From positions 145,806 through 209,805 of the forward strand of contig CAZKJM010000001.1 in the NCBI GenBank assembly GCA_964553245.1: a stretch of 64,000 nucleotides of DNA. Reading direction: 5' to 3'. Below the pieces are notes generated by a model, which saw only the letters and a program-made list of their open reading frames with translations, did not search any database and was not told where the DNA came from. The position numbers and the translations under genes were made by a program. Below are positions 1-10,869 of the stretch, one piece after another; position 1 is the first letter of the stretch; each line of letters starts with the position of its first letter. The stretch comes from an uncultured Gammaproteobacteria bacterium. GTDB taxonomy: Bacteria > Patescibacteriota > Microgenomatia > Levybacterales > UBA12049.

Positions 1-2170
1 CATTTACTTTTGCGTTCCATCCTGGAAAATATGTATCTGACATATAAAATAATGCTTGCTCATTTGTATTTACCTTAAATTTCTGCTGATTAATGTTATT
101 GTCAATCAAAAAAGCTGAGCCAGTTCCCTCTTTAAGCAAAATAGGAAGTTTTTCGCTTAATATTATCTTTTTATTAAAATTTAATAATGGTCTGGATAAT
201 TCACTTAATGACTTATTATCGCTTAAAACTTCGTAATCATAAACAAGATAAAATCTTTTAAGCGCATTTTTATTTTTATAAACTTTATATTTAGCATCTG
301 CGTAAATCTCGTCTAAATCTTTTTGATATTTCCCGGTCAGAAAATAATCAATTGATGGATTCCCGTCTTTTCCTCCGACTATCAACTCAACACCCAGAAT
401 ATCAAGAGTATTTTTTAATTTTTCCTGTTTATTTAAATAATACTTATTTGTGCTTGGGGGCTTTTCATCTTTTTTCCCTTGCAATGACTGCAAAAGAAGA
501 GCTGTTCTTTGAAGATACAAAGGATTATATGTTTCGGTTGAATAAATATTTAAATATGTTGAAATTTCAGGATCAGATATTCCATAATTTCTTACCAAAT
601 TGTTCTTTTGGTAATCTTTAATGTAATCTATAACCTTAGTCTCAGGATATAAAAATTTATTATTTGAGAATGTTAAGAATCTATACCCTAGAACAAATAA
701 ATCTGTAAAAGTTATTAATAAAATTAAAAATATAAAAATTACATTTGAGGTCTTTATTTTTTTAAAAACTAAATAAAATGATGTAACTACAAAAAAAAGA
801 AAAGTAAATGCTAGAGTGAATTTAACATTATGTATAAATTCATTAATTAAATCGTGACTTGATAAGCTAATAATTTTCCCAATAATAATAAAAGCAAATA
901 ATAAAACAAATAATAAAATACTTATAAACAGCTTCTTTCTGTTTTTATCCTTTATAAAATTGTCAAAACCAAACCCGGCAAGAACTGATCCCGAAAATAA
1001 ACTGAGCATAAAAAGTCTTGCACCTGAGCCATTGGTTATTAAAGGTATTTTTAAATAAAACAAAATATCTCCAATGTATTTAAATGAAAATAAAGCGCTT
1101 AAAATAAAAACAAAAGTAAAGAATTTAACAAAAATATTTTTGCGAGAAAAAATTGAGGCAAAAATTGCAAAAAATAATGGGATAATTCCAAAATAACCAC
1201 TTGTTTCAATATATCCAGATGTTAAATTATTAGTACTTGGACTACCAAAAAAATCAGGCGAGAATAAACGAAACAAGCGAATGGGCGTTAATAATTCACC
1301 AGCAAATGTATTAAATTTATCAGAAAATTCCCTATGTGAATTACTAAATAATTCAAATGCAGGAATAAGGGATATTGAAGTAACCAATGCTCCAAATGCT
1401 ATTGACAAAAACAGAAAAAGGTAATCTTTTTTTCTAAGTTTCTTTAGATAACCATAGAATAATATAAACGCAATAACTAAAAGTATGCCATATGCACTAA
1501 ATTGCAAATGACCTGCAAAGATTGAAAAAGCTATAGAAACACCAAGTAAGAATAAATATGCTCCTCTTTTGTTATCTGCATATCTTTTTGCAAAAAGCAA
1601 GAAAAGTGGAATCCACAGTATTACATGTCCCTCAGATCCGAACTGTAAAAAACCCATCATTAGGGAATTTAAAGCAAACGCAAAGCTTGAAAGAATACTT
1701 GAAAAATAGGAAAGCTTAAAATCCCTTGCTAATAAATAAAAGAAAAGTAATGATAAAAATATTTGTAAAAACAACAGCATATTCCAAGATGTTATTTCAC
1801 CAAAAACAAAAAAAATATTTGTTGGATAAAAAATTAAGGGCTTTAAAGAAGCTAAAAATGGAGTTCCCATGAATTGATAAGGGTTCCAGAAGGGAATTAT
1901 TCCATTGGTTAATGACTGAAAAACTAAATGTCTCCATGGATACATTTGAATAATTGCATCTTGTGTATAATTATTTTTTATTAATATTGTCCCTGGAGAA
2001 TACCACGGAAGATAATTACTAATTAACAGGTCTAATGGAAGCAAGATTAATCCTTGAAACATCGGAAAAAGATAAACTGACGTTAAAATTAAGAAAAAAG
2101 TTACTATAGATGAAATCTCTATAATTCGTCTATATTTATTAATGAAGCATTTAACATTATTAAAATTCAT
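1..2170 (-). CDS. YfhO-family GT-C membrane glycosyltransferase, runs off the left edge (at least 723 aa); not in ORF track
   Basis: Both ends translated by hand. ATG at 2170 overlaps the upstream TGA (ATGA). N-terminus MNFNNVKC...QMYPWRHLVFQSLTNGIIPFWNPYQFMGTPFLA, internal FSPDFFGSP, and at the edge, in the same frame, LFILSDTYFPGWNAKVN. These match the three full YfhO paralogs in the window. Confidence 0.88.
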   Translation of the reverse strand, partial: MNFNNVKCFINKYRRIIEISSIVTFFLILTSVYLFPMFQGLILLPLDLLISNYLPWYSPGTILIKNNYTQDAIIQMYPWRHLVFQSLTNGIIPFWNPYQFMGTPFLASLKPLIFYPTNIFFVFGEITSWNMLLFLQIFLSLLFFYLLARDFKLSYFSSILSSFAFALNSLMMGFLQFGSEGHVILWIPLFLLFAKRYADNKRGAYLFLLGVSIAFSIFAGHLQFSAYGILLVIAFILFYGYLKKLRKKDYLFLFLSIAFGALVTSISLIPAFELFSNSHREFSDKFNTFAGELLTPIRLFRLFSPDFFGSPSTNNLTSGYIETSGYFGIIPLFFAIFASIFSRKNIFVKFFTFVFILSALFSFKYIGDILFYLKIPLITNGSGARLFMLSLFSGSVLAGFGFDNFIKDKNRKKLFISILLFVLLFAFIIIGKIISLSSHDLINEFIHNVKFTLAFTFLFFVVTSFYLVFKKIKTSNVIFIFLILLITFTDLFVLGYRFLTFSNNKFLYPETKVIDYIKDYQKNNLVRNYGISDPEISTYLNIYSTETYNPLYLQRTALLLQSLQGKKDEKPPSTNKYYLNKQEKLKNTLDILGVELIVGGKDGNPSIDYFLTGKYQKDLDEIYADAKYKVYKNKNALKRFYLVYDYEVLSDNKSLSELSRPLLNFNKKIILSEKLPILLKEGTGSAFLIDNNINQQKFKVNTNEQALFYMSDTYFPGWNAKVN

Positions 2171-3675
2171 TTTAGGTCAGTTCGTTTTTGAACAACAATA
2201 TCTCCATTTAATTTTTTAGAAGACACAACTCTCCCATCTCCCTCTCTTGCTTCAAGCCACCACCTAGGTCTATCTGGATATCCCGGATCAGCCTCAATAA
2301 TAAAATACATTATGTCTGCTTTTTTAACAGGTAAGTATCCATATTGCTTGTTTCCATACCATTTAAATAAGTATTGATAAGTATTATCAAAAACAGGAGG
2401 AGTATATAATTCATATTTAAAATTTTGAGTATTTGCGTCTTTATAAATATAATCTACCACCTTTAATTGATTTCTATAGACCGATGCATCTCCTTCCCAT
2501 AATGGTTTTTGAAAATTATTAATAATTGAAAATGAATTAACGTTTATTAAAAAAAACATAGCTAAAATTAAAAAAATTATTATTTTAATTTTTATTCTTT
2601 TGTATGCAATAAATAAACTTATGGATACAAGAAAAATATAAAGAATTGGAAGTCCTACGAAATAATGCGGCCATAAAGCATTGGTAAATATAATGCTGCC
2701 AATATAAAAAACCAAAAGTGTAATTACTGAAGTTAAAATGAAATTTTTAATTAAAACTGACGCTTTTTTATAAAATAAGATAATTACTACTATAGAAAAA
2801 ATTAATAAAAATATTTCTAAAATATTTCTTTGCGGAAAAAATACATTACTGAATTGATCTAGATGAGTATTAAATCTATTCTCTAAAAAATGATATAAAT
2901 CTAATTTATCTTCAAGCGTATCTTTTCCAAAAAACCTAAGAAAAGCCTTGCTCATTATAAAACTATGCCTTAATTCAAAAATTATTCTTGGAAGTAAAAT
3001 AATTATTCCGCCAACAAAAAAAAATATTATATGACCGATTCTTATTTTTCTACCCAGAATGACAAGAATTGAAAAAACGATTCCAATTAAAAATAATATT
3101 CCCCATAAAATTTCAACGTCAATATTTAAAAACAAAAGAAAACCAAGAAGAAAAAAATAAATAGATTTCGATTTTTTATTTAATACATATATTCTTTCCA
3201 AAATTATAAAAGTTAAAATCACTAATAAAGGTGCTATATTAGGGTTCCAAATTTGAGAAGATAAGGAAATAAGAATTGGGGAAAATGAAATTAAGAAAGC
3301 CAATACCAAGCCCAGGAAACTTCCACTTATCTTTTTACCAAAATAATAACTTAAAATAATTGTTAAAATTCCAAATACCGCCATTGAAAAAGCAATCCCC
3401 TGAGGGTTACCGTTAAAAATAACAAAAAACGGAGTTAATATAAGGTACCACCATGGACCATAAAAAACTCCCTCAATTCCAGTAGTTGGTCCAATTAAAC
3501 TAAGTTTATGGTCATAAACCATACTCCAAAGAGAAAGCATATCTCGTCCAACGTCATATGTAAACGCAAATGAGCCAGTAAAAACCCCCTCTAGTCTTAA
3601 CACAAGCCCCAGTATCAAAATTAGACACAGAAATAAATAATCTTTTTTAAAAATTTTTTTAAAATAAAGGTTCAT
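2167..3675 (-). CDS. GT-C glycosyltransferase (ArnT/PMT_2-like)
   Basis: About 11-12 hydrophobic segments. First loop FTYDVGRD...LIGPTTGIEGVFYGPWWY; same subfamily as 60172..61758. Confidence 0.8.
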   Translation of the reverse strand: MNLYFKKIFKKDYLFLCLILILGLVLRLEGVFTGSFAFTYDVGRDMLSLWSMVYDHKLSLIGPTTGIEGVFYGPWWYLILTPFFVIFNGNPQGIAFSMAVFGILTIILSYYFGKKISGSFLGLVLAFLISFSPILISLSSQIWNPNIAPLLVILTFIILERIYVLNKKSKSIYFFLLGFLLFLNIDVEILWGILFLIGIVFSILVILGRKIRIGHIIFFFVGGIIILLPRIIFELRHSFIMSKAFLRFFGKDTLEDKLDLYHFLENRFNTHLDQFSNVFFPQRNILEIFLLIFSIVVIILFYKKASVLIKNFILTSVITLLVFYIGSIIFTNALWPHYFVGLPILYIFLVSISLFIAYKRIKIKIIIFLILAMFFLINVNSFSIINNFQKPLWEGDASVYRNQLKVVDYIYKDANTQNFKYELYTPPVFDNTYQYLFKWYGNKQYGYLPVKKADIMYFIIEADPGYPDRPRWWLEAREGDGRVVSSKKLNGDIVVQKRTDLK

Positions 3676-3679
3676 TTCT

Positions 3680-5323
3680 TCAAGTTTTTGCTACTCTTAT
3701 TGCGGGCATGCCATCTAAATTATTTATCGTCTTAAAAGCCGCGGCAGCCGGTATCTCATCTGGATTCCCAATATACAACACATCTTTATGGTTTGCGTCT
3801 TTTGACCAATCAATTGGTCTAAATTCGTATTTGCCAAAAGATTGGTGCTCTGCAAATCCTCCCGAGCTACCCATTCCTATTTCTTGATAGTCTTTAGGGG
3901 AATATTTTAAATAGAAAAGGAAAAACATATATGACTTATCCATTGGTTGCTTATCTGAGACAACAATTTTCTGATAATTTTTTTCTATTGGCTTAATCTC
4001 ATCAATTACCTGCCTATATCCATATTGCCAATCCTGTGAATAATAATAATTCTGTTGCACAAAATACTGATTTAGAAAAAATGAAAAATTAAAAAGAAAA
4101 ATCGAAGCAAAAAATACATACGAAACATAGATTATTTTTTTAAATTTTTGAATAGCTAAAACTAATGCAATAAGCCCAATTGCTGAAAAAATATGCCAAG
4201 TTGGTAAAAAGTTTAATGTTCTAACTGCATGAGGAACTCCTGTTGTAACTGATGCTGGAATAGGAGCAATTAAAAACCAAAAAAATATAATAAGTTTTGA
4301 CTTTTTATCAAATTTACCAAAAATTAATGAATAGATTCCAATTAAGATTAAAGGTAATTCAAATAAGTACAAAAGACCGACACTTGGTGCATGATGACGG
4401 GAAATATCCCCTGTCATAAACAACCAATTTAAATCAAAATGCGAAATATATCCCGAAACAATTGTCTTTGCGTAAACAATTCTTCTGTTGTCTAAGAGAA
4501 AGCCAATCTTATTACCATCTTTAATATCCCTTTCAAGTTTTTGAGTATTTGTTTTTAAAAGCTCTGTTTTGTACGAAAAAATACTAGTTCCTTTTACCCT
4601 CAAAAGAGATGAGCTATCAGTCAAAACATAAATTACCATTGGTGTTAATACTACAAGCACTAAGACCACCGCTGATATTAAATATTTTTTACTGATCGAA
4701 AAAAGTTGTTTTCTATAAATTAAGATTAGAGCAATAACTAAAAGTGGAGTAAATACCCTAGTGCTTTGATAAATATATGGAGCAAGCCCTACGAAAATTG
4801 CTGAAACATATAAAAACCAAGGCTTTTTTAAGCCTTTTAGGAAAAACAAGACAATTAAAATATTAAAAGAAGAGCCAACGTTTGCCTCAAAACCAATTCT
4901 TGAAAACTGCAAAGACCAAGGAGATACTGCTAGAAAAAAACTTGTTAAAAGCGCAAGGCAATCTCTAAATTTATAACTTACAAATAAGTCTCTTATAAGA
5001 AAAAATACTGCTATAACTGAAGCAACTCCAAAAAAAGCAGAGGGAAATCTTACAGCAAATATATTTAATCCAAACGCTAAAATTGATGGAATAGAAAGAT
5101 ATGAATAAAGCGCTGGTTTATAATCATCAAAAGACCTAAGAACAACAGGTAAAAATTTTCCAAATTCATCTCTTCCTGTTTGAATAATTGAGTATGTATT
5201 GTAACCCAAGGCAACCTCATCCCAATCAGGCGAAGGGGGAACATTTCCAAGTTGATAAAATCTCAAAAATATTGCGATTAAAATAATAACTCCAAAAACA
5301 ATCCAAATTAATTTTTTAATCAT
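3680..5323 (-). CDS. GT-C glycosyltransferase (ArnT/PMT_2-like, GT39/GT83-like)
   Basis: RFYQLG..P...WDEVALGYNTYSI..TGRDEFG...SFDDYKP; multi-pass membrane protein. Start taken at the MIKK ATG coupled to the upstream stop (track start is 5335). Confidence 0.85.
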   Translation of the reverse strand: MIKKLIWIVFGVIILIAIFLRFYQLGNVPPSPDWDEVALGYNTYSIIQTGRDEFGKFLPVVLRSFDDYKPALYSYLSIPSILAFGLNIFAVRFPSAFFGVASVIAVFFLIRDLFVSYKFRDCLALLTSFFLAVSPWSLQFSRIGFEANVGSSFNILIVLFFLKGLKKPWFLYVSAIFVGLAPYIYQSTRVFTPLLVIALILIYRKQLFSISKKYLISAVVLVLVVLTPMVIYVLTDSSSLLRVKGTSIFSYKTELLKTNTQKLERDIKDGNKIGFLLDNRRIVYAKTIVSGYISHFDLNWLFMTGDISRHHAPSVGLLYLFELPLILIGIYSLIFGKFDKKSKLIIFFWFLIAPIPASVTTGVPHAVRTLNFLPTWHIFSAIGLIALVLAIQKFKKIIYVSYVFFASIFLFNFSFFLNQYFVQQNYYYSQDWQYGYRQVIDEIKPIEKNYQKIVVSDKQPMDKSYMFFLFYLKYSPKDYQEIGMGSSGGFAEHQSFGKYEFRPIDWSKDANHKDVLYIGNPDEIPAAAAFKTINNLDGMPAIRVAKT

Positions 5324-6956
5324 AAGTATATGCAACTAATACTTCTTGCCCATTTAAACGATAAAATCTTTTTAATATATTTATATTTTCCGGCAAATTA
5401 TATGGCGTATTTATGTATAACACATCATTTTTTTTACTTAATTCATAATTATACTCATCTGGAAAAAGATACTTATCATAGCCTTTAATTGTTACAAATC
5501 CAAACGGATCCCTTTGAATACTTGCTGTTTCTCTAAAAAATTTAGGATTTGTTTCTGTATAAAATAAATAATAAACATATGGTCTTCCAAGTGCGCTTGT
5601 GATCTGAATATAGTCATAGTTTTTTTCAACAGATCTTACGTATTCAATAGATTCTTTATATCCATATTGCCACTCCCCAGAGTACTCATACGGATAATGA
5701 TTAATATAATTATGTAAAAAGTAAATAATGTTTAAAAACAGCAACAAAGAAATAATAGTAATTATTGTTGCCGACACCCATCTTTTATATTTTTTTATCC
5801 AAAAAAGGAACCTTACAAAACCATAAGCTGCTAAGATTTGAAACGTTGGGAGAGTAGTTTCAATTCTTAATGCATGAGGAGTTTCTCTTGCTGTTGCCGC
5901 CGGAATGATCCCAATCAATAACCAAGCTGGTATAATCCACCAATTATCTTCTCTCTTTCTTATTAAAAGAATTATCCCACCAACAAAAAAAGCAATATCC
6001 CAGATATACATTTGTCCAACATCTTGAATTGAAAACTTAGGATTACCATCCCCTCTTATAAATAGAAAATTTGGGGCTAAATTATCAAAATAATGTCTTA
6101 TGTATTCAAGCGAATAAAAAACTCTTCTATTATGAATTATATTTGACCAAAGAGTATTATTATTATTTTTAATTTGTTGATTTGCTGTTTTTACAACATT
6201 TATATCGGAAAAGATATTTACTTCTTTAAACCTTAAACTAGCTTGAGGAGATAGTAAAAATCCGACAATAGGAATAATTATTAATACACCTGCTATAATT
6301 GCTAATCCTATCTGTTTTTTTAAATTAAGAAGTTTTTTTCTAAAAGCAAATAAAAGAAGGAGTGCTAAAATAGGCACAACCACCCTTGATGTATTAAAAG
6401 TATATAGTGATATTGCAAATAAGATTGCAGAAATTACTAAATACCATTTTTTATCCTGAATCCCTGCTAAAAATGCCCAAATACCAGTTACAATAAAAAA
6501 ACTGGCAACATTTGCCTCAAACGCTGCTCTCGATAACATTATATGCCACGGAGATATAGCTAAAAACAGTGATGAAAATAATGCGTAATAATCTTTTTGT
6601 TTCGATCTATAAAAGATTCTCTGGGCTAAAAAGTAGGTCATAAATACTGTTAAAAATCCAAAAAAAGCTGATGGTAATCTAGTTGAAAATTCATTTAAAC
6701 CAAGAAGTTTAACAGGAATAATTGTTAAATATGCGTAAACAGGAGGTTTAAAATCTCCGAAGGATTCAAGATAATCATATGGAAGAAATCTTCCAAATTC
6801 ATCTTTTCCATCAATTCCTAATGAATATGCATTATATCCCCAAGATACCTCATCCCATGTAAGACTAGGGGGATTTTGTCCTAATTGATAGAATCTAATA
6901 ATAAACGAAAGTATTAAAACTAATACTAAAAAAATTTTAGCTTTATTTTTCCACAT
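5316..6956 (-). CDS. GT-C glycosyltransferase (ArnT/PMT_2-like)
   Basis: RFYQLGQNPPSLTWDEVSWGYNAYS...GKDEFG...SFGDFKP; AISPWHIMLSR; multi-pass. Confidence 0.85.
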   Translation of the reverse strand: MWKNKAKIFLVLVLILSFIIRFYQLGQNPPSLTWDEVSWGYNAYSLGIDGKDEFGRFLPYDYLESFGDFKPPVYAYLTIIPVKLLGLNEFSTRLPSAFFGFLTVFMTYFLAQRIFYRSKQKDYYALFSSLFLAISPWHIMLSRAAFEANVASFFIVTGIWAFLAGIQDKKWYLVISAILFAISLYTFNTSRVVVPILALLLLFAFRKKLLNLKKQIGLAIIAGVLIIIPIVGFLLSPQASLRFKEVNIFSDINVVKTANQQIKNNNNTLWSNIIHNRRVFYSLEYIRHYFDNLAPNFLFIRGDGNPKFSIQDVGQMYIWDIAFFVGGIILLIRKREDNWWIIPAWLLIGIIPAATARETPHALRIETTLPTFQILAAYGFVRFLFWIKKYKRWVSATIITIISLLLFLNIIYFLHNYINHYPYEYSGEWQYGYKESIEYVRSVEKNYDYIQITSALGRPYVYYLFYTETNPKFFRETASIQRDPFGFVTIKGYDKYLFPDEYNYELSKKNDVLYINTPYNLPENINILKRFYRLNGQEVLVAYTYD

Positions 6957-8598
6957 AATCTAAGTTTTCCGATTCAAAAAAGTAAACAACAATATTCACA
7001 CCATCTGGGCTTCTTAATAAATAAACAGGTGTATTTTCAGAAAGATCTTTTTTAAAACCAACATATAATACCTCTTTTCCAGTTCTGCTTAACTCAAGGT
7101 ATTCCTTTTCATCACTTGGAAAATTTCCAAAATAAAGATTATCAAACTTCATTGTTTCTGTTTTTGTTATATTAAGTTGATTCTTAAATGAATTCTGAAA
7201 TACCGATGGATCTATTTTGTTATAAAAAGCATAAAGAATTGGCCAGTCTTTTCCTCCGCTTACATAGACTTTATCATATTTATCCTTATTTTCAGTTATG
7301 TATTCTAAAGCTTTTTTTTGTGGCATTTGCCACCAATCTGAAGAATAAACAGGATAATCAAAAAAATATGTAAAAAGATAGCTTGAGACAAAAATTAAAC
7401 ACGATATTACAATAACTACTGTGCTTAAAATTTTAAATTTTTTCATTTTTCTAATAAATACATCATAAAAATATACTATCCCAACAGAAGAGAGGATTAC
7501 GGGGGCTGGAATTATTAACAAATCCCTATATGCATAATAACCTGTACTTGTTAATCCACCTGGAACAGCTGCAAAAATAATCCAAAGAAGTAAAAATACA
7601 AAAGTTTTTTTATCTTTTCTAAATAAATAATAAAGTCCAAGAAAGAAAAATGGCAGTTCAAAAAGATAATACTGACCATGATTTGATACTCCCTTGTCTA
7701 AATTGCTTTCTCCATTTAGAAACATATAGTTTATAGAAAAAAATCCTGTATATGTGGTTGTGAAAAGCCTAATATAATAAATTGGCTTGTTATGAAAAAT
7801 ATTTGATAACCATAAAGGAGCGTTGCTCAAATGTCTTTCGCTATTTACAACATTAGTTGCTTTTATAGAATCAAAAATAGAAGTATCTTTTATCTTAGAA
7901 ATTCCGTCAAATAAAGTTAACTTCCATGAAAAGATATATAAAAATCCAAAGAATATTAAAAATAATAACAAATATTTTTTACTAATCTTAAACAAATCTT
8001 TTTTATAATAAAAAATTACTGGTAAAAATATTGTCAGAAAAATTTTTGGTGCATGATAAGAAAATAAAGATAATCCTAAAATTAATCCAGCAATAGGTAA
8101 TAAATAAAGCTTTCTTTTATCGACATAAAACATTAAGGTTATTCCAAAAAGAACTAGGAATAAGCAAAGAGATTCCTCAAGTCCAGTTCTTGAAAGCTGA
8201 ATGCTCCATGGATTTACTGCTAAAAGTAACGTGGAAACAATTGAAACCTTTTTATTCTTGAAAAGCTTATCTACAAAAAAATAAAACGTGACTACGGTTA
8301 ACAAACCTAAAACCGCAAAAGGAATACGCTCAACAAATGCATTAAGTCCCCAAAAATTAACAAACGGAATCAATAAGTATATTGCTAAAGGCATTCTGTG
8401 ATTATCTTGAAATTGAAGTGGTAAATAGTTCCCGTATTGATCGTTTCCAGTTTGCAATATGCTATATGCACTATAAGCAGCTTCAGCTTCGTCAACATGC
8501 ATACTAGGCGGGTTAACCCCTAAGTTCCAAACTCTTAAAAATAATGCAACCAAAATTATTAGTATAAAAATAAAGTTTTTTTTGAAAAAGTTTCTCAT
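6943..8598 (-). CDS. GT-C glycosyltransferase (ArnT/PMT_2-like)
   Basis: RVWNLGVNPPSMHVDEAEAAYSAYSILQTGNDQYG; AVNPWSIQLSR; multi-pass. Confidence 0.85.
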   Translation of the reverse strand: MRNFFKKNFIFILIILVALFLRVWNLGVNPPSMHVDEAEAAYSAYSILQTGNDQYGNYLPLQFQDNHRMPLAIYLLIPFVNFWGLNAFVERIPFAVLGLLTVVTFYFFVDKLFKNKKVSIVSTLLLAVNPWSIQLSRTGLEESLCLFLVLFGITLMFYVDKRKLYLLPIAGLILGLSLFSYHAPKIFLTIFLPVIFYYKKDLFKISKKYLLLFLIFFGFLYIFSWKLTLFDGISKIKDTSIFDSIKATNVVNSERHLSNAPLWLSNIFHNKPIYYIRLFTTTYTGFFSINYMFLNGESNLDKGVSNHGQYYLFELPFFFLGLYYLFRKDKKTFVFLLLWIIFAAVPGGLTSTGYYAYRDLLIIPAPVILSSVGIVYFYDVFIRKMKKFKILSTVVIVISCLIFVSSYLFTYFFDYPVYSSDWWQMPQKKALEYITENKDKYDKVYVSGGKDWPILYAFYNKIDPSVFQNSFKNQLNITKTETMKFDNLYFGNFPSDEKEYLELSRTGKEVLYVGFKKDLSENTPVYLLRSPDGVNIVVYFFESENLDYVEK

Positions 8599-9194
8599 TT
8601 AACTATAGTAAACCACATATTCATTCCCAGCTCAAAGAACCCATTTTTAATACCTTCCTCTTTAAATCCATTGTTTTTTAAAATAGACTTTATCTTTACG
8701 TTATTATGATTATGCTTATGATCTTCTATTTCCTCTTTACTAATTAAGCCAATTTTTCCCATAAAATGAAGTAAAAAATCTACCCAAGGAGCTGGTGTTG
8801 TAATTATAAATACGCCATTCTTATTCAAAACTCTTGAAACTTCTTTTAGAACAAATGAAAGTTTGTCATTATTTATATGTTCAAAAACAGCAAGCATAGT
8901 TATTACATCAAAATGGTTATCTTTAAACGGAAGTTTTTGTTTTTCAATATTTAGCTTTTTTAGAATAACTGATTTATTCTTTACTAAGTTTAAATTAACA
9001 CTTGAATCTATTCCGTATTTTTCTTCTAAATCTGAATTAATTAAAAAATATGGATAGAAACCGCAACCAATATCTAACACTCTACCTTTTTTTCCAAAAC
9101 GAGAAATAAGCTTATTTGCCATTTGCCCTCTTTTTTTTGCTAGGAATTTTTCCAGCAAACCATAACCTCTAGTAGGATTCAAAGAATTATTCAT
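8595..9194 (-). CDS. Class I SAM-dependent methyltransferase (Methyltransf_11-like)
   Basis: Motif I VLDIGCG; LPFKDNHFDVITMLAVFEH; RVLNKNGVFIITTP. ATG at 9194 (alternative GTG at 9197). Confidence 0.88.
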   Translation of the reverse strand: MNNSLNPTRGYGLLEKFLAKKRGQMANKLISRFGKKGRVLDIGCGFYPYFLINSDLEEKYGIDSSVNLNLVKNKSVILKKLNIEKQKLPFKDNHFDVITMLAVFEHINNDKLSFVLKEVSRVLNKNGVFIITTPAPWVDFLLHFMGKIGLISKEEIEDHKHNHNNVKIKSILKNNGFKEEGIKNGFFELGMNMWFTIVK

Positions 9195-10869
9195 CACTAT
9201 TTATTTTAGCAGACACTGTAGCATAATATTCCATTATTCTAAAGGCTGTTGTTCCATCCTTCCATTTAATTTCCTTTAGTTCCAAACTTGCTTTTGTAGG
9301 CGTCTTACAATTTCCGGAATCAATAAAAAGCATTTTCGTAGGATCATAGTTTTTAATTCCATTTAAGGCACAGTCCATAGGCACAAAATAATATTTATCA
9401 AACCCGCTATAATCAAGATCTCTTGGTGATCCTAAGGCCTGATATTTTAAAGGATCATATTTATTGTTAAATAAAATATGAATATATGGACTTCCAACAG
9501 ATTTAGAGATTACAATTTTTTCATATTTTGGATAATACATATTTAATTCTTTAACTAATTCTTTATATGCATATTCTCGATGCCATGGTTGATGTTTTTC
9601 CTGATGTACATAATACTGATGCTGAAAATAGGCTAATTCATAGACTCCAACCAAAACAAGAATTAGTATTAGGATTTTTGCCATTTTTCCTCCTATCTGT
9701 TTATAATTGAAAAATTCATAAATACCCAAGGAAATTATTATTATTATTGCTGGAAGAATTACTAATGATCTATATAGATTGGGAATTTCATCATATGTAA
9801 TTGCAGCTGGGATTAATAATAAAAACCACCATCCTAAAATTAATAAGCTAGTTAAATTCTTTTTTCTTATTAAGAAGTAAACTCCCATTAATAAAAATGG
9901 TAATTGCCAAATATAAAAAAGCCCAGCTTGATAAACGCTTACTCTTAAAGGAAAGCCTCCCTTAAGAACTAAAAAATCAAGTGTAAGGTATTTTGCATAA
10001 TTATCAATTAAGGTTCTTGAATAACTAGCTATTTTATTATGAAAAGCTCTTGTTATTAAAACAGGCGTAAATTGGTCTTCTCTTATTTGCTCCTCCATTA
10101 TTAACTTTGTTTCTGGGCTTGAAAAAATTGACACTTGATTAAATCTGTCAATGGAACCAATAAAACTATAACCAATACCAATAATCATAAAAAATAGAAT
10201 TACAAAAATAGTGCTTTTACTAAAACTAATTTTCTTCTTAATTTTTTTTAATGAATGTATGAAAAACAATCCCGCTATTAAAACAATAAAAAATCTAGAA
10301 GCTGTATAGCTTAACACTGCAAAAATACCACTGATCAAAGATATAAATATCCACCTTTTGTTATATTTTTCATTTAGTGATAATAAACCATATGACATCA
10401 GTAAAATAAAAAATAAAGAAGCTACCACCTCACTCACAACTCTACTTAAAATTAAATGCCAGGGTGAAATCGCTAAAAGAAGAGAAGATATTAACGCAAT
10501 TTTCCTATCTTTAAACAATTTAAAGCTAAAAAAATAAATTAAAATTACTGTAGCTATTCCAAAAATAGCTGAGGGTAATCTTGTAGAAAAAGTATTTAAA
10601 TCAAAAAGATATACAAAGGGAATATCTAAGTATGAATATAGTGCTGGTTTAAAATCGCCAAAAGATTTAAGGACAATTGGAAAAGCTTTGCCATATTCAT
10701 CTTTTCCGGTTTCTAAGATGGAAAACGCGTTGTAACCAAAAGCTGCCTCATCGGCTGTAAATCCCGATGGCACATCACCAAGTTGATAAATTCTTAAAAA
10801 AGAAGAAAATACCAGGATTAAAAACAGCCAAAAATATATATTTTTTGTTAATTTTCGTAAATATTCCAT
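9187..10869 (-). CDS. GT-C glycosyltransferase (ArnT/PMT_2-like)
   Basis: RIYQLGDVPSGFTADEAAFGYNAFSILETGKDEYG...SFGDFKP; multi-pass. Confidence 0.85.
   Translation of the reverse strand: MEYLRKLTKNIYFWLFLILVFSSFLRIYQLGDVPSGFTADEAAFGYNAFSILETGKDEYGKAFPIVLKSFGDFKPALYSYLDIPFVYLFDLNTFSTRLPSAIFGIATVILIYFFSFKLFKDRKIALISSLLLAISPWHLILSRVVSEVVASLFFILLMSYGLLSLNEKYNKRWIFISLISGIFAVLSYTASRFFIVLIAGLFFIHSLKKIKKKISFSKSTIFVILFFMIIGIGYSFIGSIDRFNQVSIFSSPETKLIMEEQIREDQFTPVLITRAFHNKIASYSRTLIDNYAKYLTLDFLVLKGGFPLRVSVYQAGLFYIWQLPFLLMGVYFLIRKKNLTSLLILGWWFLLLIPAAITYDEIPNLYRSLVILPAIIIIISLGIYEFFNYKQIGGKMAKILILILVLVGVYELAYFQHQYYVHQEKHQPWHREYAYKELVKELNMYYPKYEKIVISKSVGSPYIHILFNNKYDPLKYQALGSPRDLDYSGFDKYYFVPMDCALNGIKNYDPTKMLFIDSGNCKTPTKASLELKEIKWKDGTTAFRIMEYYATVSAKINSDE

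Noticed and set aside
352-621. 89-aa plus-strand ORF, and the many other 60-130 aa ORFs antisense to long genes (for example 7188, 11362, 37165, 41340, 52316, 56525)
   Set aside because: They are shadows of well-supported genes, with no recognisable motifs or expression signals.
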